A stretch of 64,000 nt of DNA, from NCBI GenBank assembly GCA_012839815.1, contig DUMQ01000098.1, positions 376 to 64,375 on the forward strand. Direction: 5' to 3'. This stretch comes from Bacillota bacterium (GTDB lineage: Bacteria > Bacillota > SHA-98 > Ch115 > JABLXJ01). Numbering within the stretch: the stretch's first letter is position 1; every line of letters starts with the position of its first letter. This document shows positions 8,448-17,148 of this stretch, piece by piece. Under the pieces are notes generated by a model. That model was not told the DNA's origin and made no database searches. It worked only from the letters and a program-made list of their open reading frames with translations. The translations under genes and the position numbers were made by a program.

Positions 8448-9188
8448 ATGGACTATCTACTGGAGATCAAGGGCCTCACAAAGAGGTTTGGCAAGACGCT
8501 CGTGCTGGACGGATTTGACCTGAACGTCGCGCGCGGCGAGACAGTGGTCATCACCGGCCCGAGCGGTTGCGGCAAATCGACGGCCCTGCGCTGCATCAAC
8601 CGCCTGACGGAGCCGGATTCGGGCAGTATAACATTCGCGGGGGTCGATATCACGAGGCTGTCCTACAGCGACCTCCTGAGGGTACGAAGGAGGATAGGCT
8701 TTGTCTTCCAACATTTCAATCTCATCGAGCGGCTCACTGCCCTCCAGAATGTCATGCTCGGCGTTATCTTTGAGGGGGTGCCATACCCTGAAGCACGCGA
8801 TATGGCCCTACGTGCCCTGGCGCGGGTCGGGATAGGCGAGATGCTTGCGTGCCGCAGGCCGTCGGAGCTGAGCGGCGGGGAGCGGCAGAGGGTGGGCATA
8901 GCGCGCGCCCTCGTGATGGATCCCGATCTCATGCTCTGGGATGAACCAACCGCCTCGCTCGACCCGATCCTGGTCGTCGACGTTTTGGACGTCATGGAGG
9001 AGCTTGTAAAGACCTCTGGAAAGACCATGATTATTGTGACACATGAAATGAAGTTTGCATCCCGCGTTGCAGACAGGATTGTGTTGCTCGACCGGGGGCG
9101 GGTAGCCGAGGAGGGGCCGCCGGGTGAGGTCTTCCTAGCCCCCAAATCTGAGATCGGGCGCCGCTATAAGCGGCTCCTGGCGGGGTAA
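8448..9188 (+). CDS. ABC transporter ATP-binding protein (GlnQ/MlaF/FtsE-like single-NBD subunit)
   Basis: Walker A GPSGCGKST, signature LSGGERQRVGIARAL, Walker B LMLWDEPTASLD, H-loop VTHEM. CINRLTEPDSGSI motif. ATG 8448 chosen over in-frame GTG 8442. Confidence 0.9.
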   Translation: MDYLLEIKGLTKRFGKTLVLDGFDLNVARGETVVITGPSGCGKSTALRCINRLTEPDSGSITFAGVDITRLSYSDLLRVRRRIGFVFQHFNLIERLTALQNVMLGVIFEGVPYPEARDMALRALARVGIGEMLACRRPSELSGGERQRVGIARALVMDPDLMLWDEPTASLDPILVVDVLDVMEELVKTSGKTMIIVTHEMKFASRVADRIVLLDRGRVAEEGPPGEVFLAPKSEIGRRYKRLLAG

Positions 9189-9360
9189 GTCAGGAGTTAC
9201 CAGGCCGGCGCGCTAGAGCGTGGTGTTTTCTAGAAGAAGGGAAATGGGCTCAAATGTAGAAGTATTGATTCTGAAACCAGGGGCCAACCCGGTGACCCGA
9301 AGGATACCCGGGCGGCGCCCCGGGCTTTGGTCAAATTACGTCGTAATCTCAAATTAGGTC

Positions 9361-10338
9361 GTGATCATGGTGGGCTATTATAGGCCGGGCGGGTTTCAGG
9401 CAACGCTCGCTAGGGCCGCGGAGTATTGCGGCCCCGGGCTTCATTGCGGAAAATATGTCAACATGAGGATCCTGCCCGCCCCGCCGGGCACGGGCATCAG
9501 GTTCATGCGGGCGGATATCCCGGGGAGCCCTGTGATCCCTGCGCGGCCAGAGAACGTCGTATCGTCGGCCCGCTGCACCTCTATCGGGTCCGGCGAAGGC
9601 GCGCGCGTTGATACAATCGAACACCTCATGGCTGCCTTTCGCGGCCTTGGAGTGGATAATGCCATAGTTGAGCTGGACGGGCCGGAGGTGCCGATGGGTG
9701 ATGGGAGTGCGGCGGCCTTTGTCGAGTTGATTTGTCAGGCTGGCAGGATAATACAGGACGAAGAGCGGCTTAGCCTGGTTTTGGATTCCCCTATCTGGGT
9801 GAGCGAGGGGGACAAGCACCTTATTGCGCTCCCCCTGGGTACGATGCCCCACCTGGATACGAACGGCTCGCTCGTGCCGGGAGATAGGGGAGCGGGTGGC
9901 GGCCCCGGCGAGGGACTGAGGGTGACCTTCACGTTCGTTGGAAATCACCCGGCCGTCGGAACCCAGCACGTGGAATTCGAGCTTGATGGGGAAGGCGACG
10001 ATGGTGGCGTCTTCGTGAGAGAGCTGGCACCGGCGCGAACGATCGGCTTCGTGTGGGAGATTGAGAAACTGAGGGAGGCAGGGCTTGCCCTCGGCGGTAA
10101 CCTTGAGTCAGCTGTGGTCATCGGCCAGGAGGGATATCTTGGGCCCCTGCGTTTTGAGAATGAGGTGGCGCGGCACAAGGTCCTGGATATAGTTGGCGAT
10201 TTCGCCCTGCTCGGCCACGTCTGCGCCCATATTATCGGCATCAAGTCAAACCACGCAATGAACCACATGGCCATACGGGCAATAGCGGAGAGCGCGTCAT
10301 ACATAGACCCGGTGCACCCGGTCCATTATGCGTTATAG
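9361..10338 (+). CDS. lpxC: UDP-3-O-acyl-N-acetylglucosamine deacetylase LpxC
   Basis: LpxC motifs (TIEHLMAAF...; FENEVARHKVLDIVGDFALLGH...; HAMNHMAIRA) and overall collinearity with LpxC. Contains a Gly-rich in-frame insert (DRGAGGGPGEG). Start GTG 9361 or ATG 9367. Confidence 0.9.
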   Translation: MIMVGYYRPGGFQATLARAAEYCGPGLHCGKYVNMRILPAPPGTGIRFMRADIPGSPVIPARPENVVSSARCTSIGSGEGARVDTIEHLMAAFRGLGVDNAIVELDGPEVPMGDGSAAAFVELICQAGRIIQDEERLSLVLDSPIWVSEGDKHLIALPLGTMPHLDTNGSLVPGDRGAGGGPGEGLRVTFTFVGNHPAVGTQHVEFELDGEGDDGGVFVRELAPARTIGFVWEIEKLREAGLALGGNLESAVVIGQEGYLGPLRFENEVARHKVLDIVGDFALLGHVCAHIIGIKSNHAMNHMAIRAIAESASYIDPVHPVHYAL

Positions 10339-10339
10339 A

Positions 10340-10460
10340 CCCCACGCCTGAAGGGATTTCATGTAGATTCGGCATAATTGATCGGTGTCAGCATAATTGA
10401 CCGGTATCGATATACTTTACCGGTATCGGTATAATTTAATTTGCCGGTATAGGTAATTGA
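10340..10460. repeat. Degenerate tandem repeats (~19-20 bp, CATAATTGACCGGTATCG-like, ~6 copies) between lpxC and fabZ
   Basis: Direct reading: ggcataattgatcggtgtca / gcataattgaccggtatcga / tatactttaccggtatcgg / tataatttaatttgccggtatagg / taattgagcggtatagg. Confidence 0.7.
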
Positions 10461-10524
10461 GCGGTATAGGTATTACGGAACGGCATGAGAGGATTGACGG
10501 ACGAGGGGGAGGCTTTTGGTCTGG

Positions 10525-10981
10525 GATGATTGACGCAGTTGGGGTCCAGAAGGTGTTGCCGCATCGTTTCCCGTTTTTGCTGATCGATAGGGTGCTTGAG
10601 GTCGAGCCTGGTAAACGGGCCGTGGCGATCAAGAATGTTACAGTAAATGAGCCCTTTTTTGAGGGTCATTTCCCCAATAAGCCGATTATGCCCGGCGTGT
10701 TGATTATCGAGGCGATGGCTCAGGTCTGCGGGGTCGCGGCCATGTTAAACGGCGAGGAGAAAAGCTGGACGCCCTATTTCGTAGGCATCGACAAGGCGCG
10801 TTTTCGCAGGCCGGTGACCCCGGGGGATCAGCTCAGGATAGAGGTGGAGATCACAAAGGTGAGAGGCAATGTGGGGAGGGCAACGTGCAGCGCCTTCGTC
10901 GACGGACGGCTTGTGGCGGATGGCGAACTGACGTTTGCCCTGGTAGAAGATGAGACGAATGAGCGGAATATTGAGGAATGA
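10525..10981 (+). CDS. fabZ: 3-hydroxyacyl-ACP dehydratase FabZ
   Basis: LPHRFPFLLIDRVLE...NEPFFEGHFPNKPIMPGVLIIEAMAQ: the canonical FabZ hot-dog fold sequence. Start at MIDAVGVQ (10525) within the longer 10457 ORF. Confidence 0.9.
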
Positions 10982-11030
10982 GAATTGAGGAATGAGAATA
11001 ATTGAGGAATGAGGAGCGGGGGCTGTTATA
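10965..11030. repeat. Mini tandem repeat TTGAGGAATGAGAA x3 spanning the fabZ stop/lpxA start junction
   Basis: aatattgaggaatgagaattgaggaatgagaataattgaggaatgagg. Confidence 0.6.
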
Positions 11031-11032
11031 TA

Positions 11033-11896
11033 ATGAAATCTTTTGAGACGGCTACATTCAGGCCCCGGAAGATTCACTCAACTGCAGTGATTCACCCGAC
11101 TGCAAAGCTCGGCCGCGATGTCGAGGTAGGGCCATATTGTGTCATAGGCGCGGAAGTGGTGATCGGTGACGGGACCAGGCTGGCAAGCCATGTTGTCATA
11201 GACGGGCCGGCAATTATCGGGAGGAATTGTCGAATAGCGTCGTTTGCTTGTCTTGGCGGGGACCCTCAGGATGTGAAGTACGCTGGTGAGAAAACCACGT
11301 TGGTGATAGGCGATAATAATCTAATCCGCGAGTATGCCACGATACACCGGGGGACTCCCGGGGGGCGCGGCGAGACGCGGGTCGGTAACAACAACATGAT
11401 AATGTCGTACGCCCACATCGCCCACGATTGCGTGGTCGGAGACAACGTGATCATAACGGGTGGCGCCGCCATCGCGGGCCACGTAACGGTCGAGGACTAC
11501 GCGGTAATAGGCGGTATGGCGGGGGTGCACCAGTTTGTGAGGGTGGGCCGGATGGCCATGGTGGGAGGTATGGCCAAGGTCGTAAAGGATATTCCCCCCT
11601 ATTTCCTGGTCGATGGGAATCCGGCGAGGGCAATCGGGGTGAATATCGTCGGGATGCGGCGCAACGGCGTGGCCCCCGAGGTGAGGGCTGAGATACGGAA
11701 GGCATTCAAGATTCTATATGAATCAAGGCTTAATGCATCGCAAGCCATCGCCCGCATGGAGCAGGAGCTGGTCGAGTGTGAGGAGATCAAACACCTGATC
11801 GACTTTCTAAAGATGTCGTCAAGAGGGATTTGCAGCAGCCGGCCGTGGGAAGGGGGACCGGCGGGCGACGCACGCGAAACGGGTGATCTAGTATAA
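11033..11896 (+). CDS. lpxA: Acyl-ACP--UDP-N-acetylglucosamine O-acyltransferase LpxA
   Basis: Left-handed beta-helix hexapeptide repeats (IHPTAKLGRDVEVGPYCVIGAEVVIGDGTRL...) and C-terminal helical domain typical of LpxA. Gene order fabZ-lpxA. Confidence 0.9.
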   Translation: MKSFETATFRPRKIHSTAVIHPTAKLGRDVEVGPYCVIGAEVVIGDGTRLASHVVIDGPAIIGRNCRIASFACLGGDPQDVKYAGEKTTLVIGDNNLIREYATIHRGTPGGRGETRVGNNNMIMSYAHIAHDCVVGDNVIITGGAAIAGHVTVEDYAVIGGMAGVHQFVRVGRMAMVGGMAKVVKDIPPYFLVDGNPARAIGVNIVGMRRNGVAPEVRAEIRKAFKILYESRLNASQAIARMEQELVECEEIKHLIDFLKMSSRGICSSRPWEGGPAGDARETGDLV

Positions 11897-12696
11897 TGTC
11901 CGGACTTGGACTCATAGCGGGAGAAGGCGAGCTCCCTCTTCTCGTCGCCAGGAGCGCTGCGGATGCGGGGTTGAGGATTATTGCGGTGGCATTGAGCCCG
12001 TCCGTCACTCCCGGCCTCAGCGCGTTTGCCGATAGAGTATACCGGATCGGGCCGGACAGGCCGGAGGATATCGTCGGTGTCTTGAGCTCTGAGGGCGTCG
12101 ACCAGGCTGTAATGGCCGGCAAGGTGTGGAAGGAGCGCATGTTTGAGGATGGCGCTATCCGGGCCGGGGTAGACCTTTGTATGGGCGATAACCCCGCACG
12201 GAATGACGATGCGATTTTACGCGCTTTTGTCGAGAGGCTTGAGGGCGCCGGGATAAATGTAAGGGAGCAGACGGAGTTTCTCGGCCAGGCCATTGCCAGG
12301 ACGGGGCTTCTCGCGTCGCGCGAGCCGGACGCGCGCGAATGGGGGGACATCCTTTTTGGCTTCCAAGTGGCAAAATACATCGCTGGCGCCGATATAGGAC
12401 AGACCGTGGTGGTGAAGAACAGGGTCGTGCTGGCAGTGGAGGCGCTGGAGGGCACTGATGCTGCGATCCTGAGGGGCGGGCGCCTGGGCAGGGAGGGCGC
12501 CGTTGTAGTCAAGGTGAGTAAACCCGCCCAGGATATGCGTTTTGACGTGCCGACGATAGGGAAGGAAACGCTCAGGACCATGCACAGCGTGGGGGCTACG
12601 GTACTTGGAGTGGAGGCAGGGAAGACTTTCATCGTCGACATCGATGGCGTCTCCCGGCTGGCGGATCAAATGGGAATCTCCATTGTAGGGTTATAA
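11896..12696 (+). CDS. lpxI: UDP-2,3-diacylglucosamine hydrolase LpxI (DUF1009 family)
   Basis: N-terminal GLIAGEGELP and C-terminal FDVPTIG motifs characteristic of LpxI. Located between lpxA and lpxB, where lpxI is typically found. Overlaps the lpxA stop by 1 nt. Confidence 0.75.
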   Translation: MSGLGLIAGEGELPLLVARSAADAGLRIIAVALSPSVTPGLSAFADRVYRIGPDRPEDIVGVLSSEGVDQAVMAGKVWKERMFEDGAIRAGVDLCMGDNPARNDDAILRAFVERLEGAGINVREQTEFLGQAIARTGLLASREPDAREWGDILFGFQVAKYIAGADIGQTVVVKNRVVLAVEALEGTDAAILRGGRLGREGAVVVKVSKPAQDMRFDVPTIGKETLRTMHSVGATVLGVEAGKTFIVDIDGVSRLADQMGISIVGL

Positions 12697-12751
12697 ATGT
12701 ATACCATGGCAGGTGGCAACGTGAAAGCTTGTGAAGCTTGAAGGTGGACCA

Positions 12752-13900
12752 ATGAGGATCTTGATAATGGCGGGAGAAGCGTCCGGGGATGCCTATGGTG
12801 CGGCCCTGGCCCGCAAATTGAGGGAGATCGAGCCGGCTCTGGAGTTGGACTTGGCAGGGCTCGGCGGAGCATCCATGGAGAAGGCGGGCGTGAGATTGCT
12901 TTACAACATAGCCGACATGAGCTCCGTCGGGTTCGCCGAGGCCTTGAAAAATGTGGGGATCATGCGCAGGGTGTTGCTGAGGGTGACCAACATCCTCGAC
13001 GATGAGCGGCCGAATTGCATTGTGCTCATAGATTTCCCGGGTTTCAATATGCGGGTCGCTGAGATAGCCAGTCGTATGGATATCCCCGTCGTCTATTTTT
13101 TTGCGCCGACTGCTTGGGCGTGGGGTAAGGGGCGCGCAAAGAAGATCGCCGAAACCGTGACAAAGGTGGCATCCGTTTTCCCGTTCGAGGAGAAGGTTTA
13201 TAAAGAGGCGGGGGCGGATGTGGTCTTCGTGGGACACCCGCTGATAGATATGGTCGATCGCAGCCTGAGCAGGGACCAGGCCCGGTCTGAGCTTGGTATC
13301 CCTCCGGAGCAGGCATTTGTTGGGTTGCTGCCGGGAAGCCGCAAGCAGGAGATTACGGCCCTCCTCCCGGTGATGGTGGGGGCGGCCGGAAGGCTCGCCA
13401 GGGAGGTAAGATCGTTGACATTTGGTCTCGCCCTGGCCCCGACGATCCCGCGTGAGGAGGTCGAGGACCTACTGGGCAGGATACCAGGTTCGAGAACCGT
13501 TCCATTGAGGATACTCGAGGGTGCTACCTATAAGTGCATGGCGGCCGCGGACGCCCTGATTGTGGCGTCGGGGACTGCTACGCTTGAGGCGGCTATGTTT
13601 GGAACCCCGATGGTTATTGTTTATAAGACGTCTACTTCAACCTGGGCGCTGGGACGGCTTCTTGTCAAGATTCCCCATATCGGCCTCCCGAATATCCTCG
13701 CGGGTGAGGAGATTGTGCCTGAGCTGCTTCAGAATGAGGCGACGGTTGACAGGATAAGCACAGAAGTCCTAAAATTCTTAGAGGAGCCCGGATACCGGGA
13801 GGATACGAGGAAAGCGTTACTCGACGTGGCGAGTAAGCTCGGCGCCCCCGGGGCGATCGAGCGGACTGCCAGGTTGATCTTGGATACGGCACGCCTTTAG
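12752..13900 (+). CDS. lpxB: Lipid-A-disaccharide synthase LpxB (GT19)
   Basis: MRILIMAGEASGDAYGAALARKL...LLPGSRKQEI...DALIVASGTATLEAAMFGTPMVIVYK...LPNILAGEEIVPELLQ is collinear with LpxB. Confidence 0.9.
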   Translation: MRILIMAGEASGDAYGAALARKLREIEPALELDLAGLGGASMEKAGVRLLYNIADMSSVGFAEALKNVGIMRRVLLRVTNILDDERPNCIVLIDFPGFNMRVAEIASRMDIPVVYFFAPTAWAWGKGRAKKIAETVTKVASVFPFEEKVYKEAGADVVFVGHPLIDMVDRSLSRDQARSELGIPPEQAFVGLLPGSRKQEITALLPVMVGAAGRLAREVRSLTFGLALAPTIPREEVEDLLGRIPGSRTVPLRILEGATYKCMAAADALIVASGTATLEAAMFGTPMVIVYKTSTSTWALGRLLVKIPHIGLPNILAGEEIVPELLQNEATVDRISTEVLKFLEEPGYREDTRKALLDVASKLGAPGAIERTARLILDTARL

Positions 13901-14019
13901 ACTTGCCTCGGGTGGCGCACCTCTTCTCGCCCGGTCGAAGGGGTGTATCTGGAAGACCCTGCGACGTGAAATGGGCGGGCGGGGCATGCGAAGAGACGCA
14001 GAGGGGGGAGGGAGGCCCG

Positions 14020-15327
14020 GTGGACGTCGTCATCTTGACTAATAGCCCCGGTGAGGTGACAGGCTGGGTCAGGCCTGTTGTCGAGAGGCTTGTAGAGCGG
14101 GATGCGAATTCGAGGGTTTTTGTTTTTCTTTCCCCGTGCGTTTTTGCGAGCAGGCGGGAAGCTCAGGTGTTGCGGGAGATCCCCGGCATTAGCGGGGTAT
14201 TTTCACCACGTGAATATATAGGTTACGCGCTTTTCGGGAGGCGGCCCGCGGGCTTTGCCCCTGCAGGCCCGGGCGTGGTGGTGCATCTCGGCGGGGACTT
14301 TATGCATTCCGCCCGAGTTGCCAAGAGGCTCGGATTCCCGGCGGTGGCTTACAGCGACAGGACCGCCAGCTTTCACGGGAGTTTTAAGGTTATCGCCGTG
14401 GAGGATAATCGGGTGAGGGACAAGCTCATTGCCAAAGGCATCCCCCCGGGCAAACTGAGGGTTATAGGTAACCTTATGGTTGACAGCGTCAAACCCTCGT
14501 TCCCCCGCGACCTGGCGCGCCAGGCGTTTGGTATCCGGGAGGATGCATTTTGTGTGTTGATTATGCCCGGCTCAAGGCCACAGCAGGTAAAGCACATGGC
14601 CCCGTTCTTCCTGGAAGTAGCCGGGTTGATCAAAAAGGTCGAGCGAAGGGCCGAGTTCCTGCTGGCGCTCTCTCCGTTTGTTTCCCGGGAAATGTTTGAG
14701 GCCGCCGTGGGAGAGGCCGCCGTCGAATTCGGCGGCAGGTCCGGAGAAGAGGATGCAGCCCAAGATGCGGCCCGGGAGCATACAGGGGATGCTGAGATGG
14801 CCGGGAAGACCAGGGTGCATATTGTTGAGCCTGATAAGCGTTACGATGCTATGGCCGCCTCGGACCTGGCGATAGTCATGCCGGGGACTTCCACGGCGGA
14901 GCTTGGATTTCTGGGGATTCCCATGGTGGTGGCGGTGCCCCTGAACTGGCCGGGTGAGGTGCCTCTCCCGGGTATCTTGGGGTTGGCCGGCGGGGTCCCG
15001 GTCCTCGGAGGGCTTTTAAAGCGCTATGCCATCAGGGGTTTAATCAACAAGGTTGAATTTACCGCTCTGCCAAATAAAAGGGCCAGGAAGATGATAGTTC
15101 CTGAGGTACGCGGGGTTTTAGACCCTGAGGACGTGGCGATCCAGGCGCTTGAGCTTTTGCAGGACGCAAGCAGGCGTATGACGATTTCGAAGAATCTTAT
15201 TGAGGCCATGGGCGCAGCAGGGGCGGCGAACAGGCTGGTTGACATTATCTTTGAAGCTGCCGGCGGAGGAGGGGACAGGTGTTGGCAGGTAGATTCAGAT
15301 CCACAGGGAGGCCCGGAGCGGGCCTGA
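14020..15327 (+). CDS. Lipid-A-disaccharide synthase-related glycosyltransferase (GT19-like paralog)
   Basis: VDVVILTNSPGEVTGW...LIMPGSRPQQVKHMAPFFLEV...DLAIVMPGTSTAELGFLGIPMVVAV parallels LpxB motifs but is divergent. GTG 14020 is preceded by GGGAGG. The longer ORF from 13903 is possible. Confidence 0.6.
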   Translation: MDVVILTNSPGEVTGWVRPVVERLVERDANSRVFVFLSPCVFASRREAQVLREIPGISGVFSPREYIGYALFGRRPAGFAPAGPGVVVHLGGDFMHSARVAKRLGFPAVAYSDRTASFHGSFKVIAVEDNRVRDKLIAKGIPPGKLRVIGNLMVDSVKPSFPRDLARQAFGIREDAFCVLIMPGSRPQQVKHMAPFFLEVAGLIKKVERRAEFLLALSPFVSREMFEAAVGEAAVEFGGRSGEEDAAQDAAREHTGDAEMAGKTRVHIVEPDKRYDAMAASDLAIVMPGTSTAELGFLGIPMVVAVPLNWPGEVPLPGILGLAGGVPVLGGLLKRYAIRGLINKVEFTALPNKRARKMIVPEVRGVLDPEDVAIQALELLQDASRRMTISKNLIEAMGAAGAANRLVDIIFEAAGGGGDRCWQVDSDPQGGPERA

Positions 15328-15329
15328 GG

Positions 15330-17075
15330 ATGCTTAATTTAATAAGACCCTACCTGCACTACCTCGGAGCCGGGATCGTTTGCACGATCTTCGTCGGCCT
15401 GGCTAATCTGGCTGTCTATTGGATCATAAAGGATGTGATCGACCAGGTATTGACGAGGACGGATTCTGCCGGGGTATCGCACCAGCTCAACCTCATCATC
15501 CTTGGGATACTGGTGCTTTTCTCTCTCAAAGGCCTGTTTTACTACGGCCAGGTCTACCTGATGGCTTTTGTGGGACAACGGGCCGTGGTAGACTTGCGGA
15601 ATAAACTATATACCCACTTGCAACGCCTCTCCATCAGTTTTCACGAGGCAAGGCGCACGGGTGATATGATTTCCAGGATCACCAATGACGTTGCTACGAT
15701 CCAGACGAGCCTGTCAACGGGCATAGCCGACCTGTTGCTCCAGGTTGTAACCCTCGCCGGGATCGTGGGCTTTATGTTTTACCTGGACTGGAAGCTTTCG
15801 CTCGTGACGATTATAACGATACCGGCGGTTGCCGCCGTTGTGTCGAGGGCGGGACACAGGCTGCGCACGATAACCGCGCTTATTCAGGGCAAGATCGCGG
15901 ATATCACGTCGGTGCTGGAGGAGACGTTATCAGGCATCCGGATCGTAAAGGCCTTTACCATGGAGCGCCAGGAAATCAAGAGGTTTGCAAGGGAGAATGA
16001 GGACAGTTTTGCCGTTACCATGAGGGGCGCAAAGGTGAATGCTATCATCGCCCCGCTTGTGGAGCTCCTAGCGGTTCTCGGGACGGCAGCAGTCCTCTGG
16101 TATGGCGGCCACCAGGTCATTAGGGGGTCGCTGACGCTGGGGGAGTTTATGGCGTTTCTTGGGTGCGTTGGAAGCGCTCCAACTCCCATGGGACGGCTTT
16201 CAGCGACATATGCCTCATTCCAGCAGGCCCTCGGTGCCGCGGATAGGGTCTTCGCCCTCCTGGACGTGAAGATTGATGTTGTGGATGATCCCAATGCGGT
16301 TCCGCTCCCTCCTATAAAGGGGCATGTGGAGTTCAAGAATGTATCATTCGCATATGGTGACGGCGAGCTCGCGCTGGATGGTATAAACCTCAGCGCCAGG
16401 CCGGGCGAGGTCATAGCGTTTGTCGGGCCGAGCGGCGCGGGCAAGACGACGCTGGTGAATCTCCTCCTGCGCTTTTACGACCCCCTGTCAGGCTCGGTTG
16501 AGATCGATGGCTATGACCTGCGGAACGTGCAGGTTGAGTCCCTGAGGCGGCAGATAGGTCTGGTGCCCCAGGATGTGGTGCTTTTTGGGGTGACTGTCAG
16601 GGAGAATATTGCCTACGGCAAGGATGATGCGACCCTGGATGAGATCATCCAGGCTGCGAAAATGGCGAATGCCCATGATTTCATAATGAAGCTGCCGGCC
16701 GGCTACGAAACGAGGCTCGGCGAGCGTGGCGTTTCGCTGTCGGGCGGGCAGCGCCAGCGCATCGCGATAGCGCGAGCGATTCTGAGAAACCCGCGCATCT
16801 TGATTCTTGATGAGGCCACGTCATCGCTGGATGCGGAGTCCGAGGCTCTTATCCAGGAGGCCCTGGCGAGATTGGTAAAGGACAGGACAACGTTTATAAT
16901 AGCTCACAGGCTTTCGACCGTCAGGAATGCGGATAAGATCGTAGTGCTCGACCGGGGGAAGATTGTGGAGGTTGGGACCCACCTCGAGCTCCTGGCGAAG
17001 GGGGGCCTCTACAGCAGATTATCGCTCATGCAGTTTTCCCAGGGTGGGCCTGCGGTAAGAGAAGAAGCTATATGA
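15330..17075 (+). CDS. msbA: Lipid A/LPS flippase-type ABC exporter (MsbA-like, TMD-NBD fusion)
   Basis: Six-TM exporter domain followed by an NBD (GPSGAGKTT, LSGGQRQRIAIARAIL, ILILDEATSSLD). Position within the lpx/lpt cluster supports an MsbA role (inference). Confidence 0.8.
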   Translation: MLNLIRPYLHYLGAGIVCTIFVGLANLAVYWIIKDVIDQVLTRTDSAGVSHQLNLIILGILVLFSLKGLFYYGQVYLMAFVGQRAVVDLRNKLYTHLQRLSISFHEARRTGDMISRITNDVATIQTSLSTGIADLLLQVVTLAGIVGFMFYLDWKLSLVTIITIPAVAAVVSRAGHRLRTITALIQGKIADITSVLEETLSGIRIVKAFTMERQEIKRFARENEDSFAVTMRGAKVNAIIAPLVELLAVLGTAAVLWYGGHQVIRGSLTLGEFMAFLGCVGSAPTPMGRLSATYASFQQALGAADRVFALLDVKIDVVDDPNAVPLPPIKGHVEFKNVSFAYGDGELALDGINLSARPGEVIAFVGPSGAGKTTLVNLLLRFYDPLSGSVEIDGYDLRNVQVESLRRQIGLVPQDVVLFGVTVRENIAYGKDDATLDEIIQAAKMANAHDFIMKLPAGYETRLGERGVSLSGGQRQRIAIARAILRNPRILILDEATSSLDAESEALIQEALARLVKDRTTFIIAHRLSTVRNADKIVVLDRGKIVEVGTHLELLAKGGLYSRLSLMQFSQGGPAVREEAI

Positions 17076-17148
17076 AATTATGCCGCCGTTTCCCTGGAGG
17101 TTTTTGCGAGTTGCGCGCGAAGTAAACCCGGGAGAGGAGGTTGGTGCC

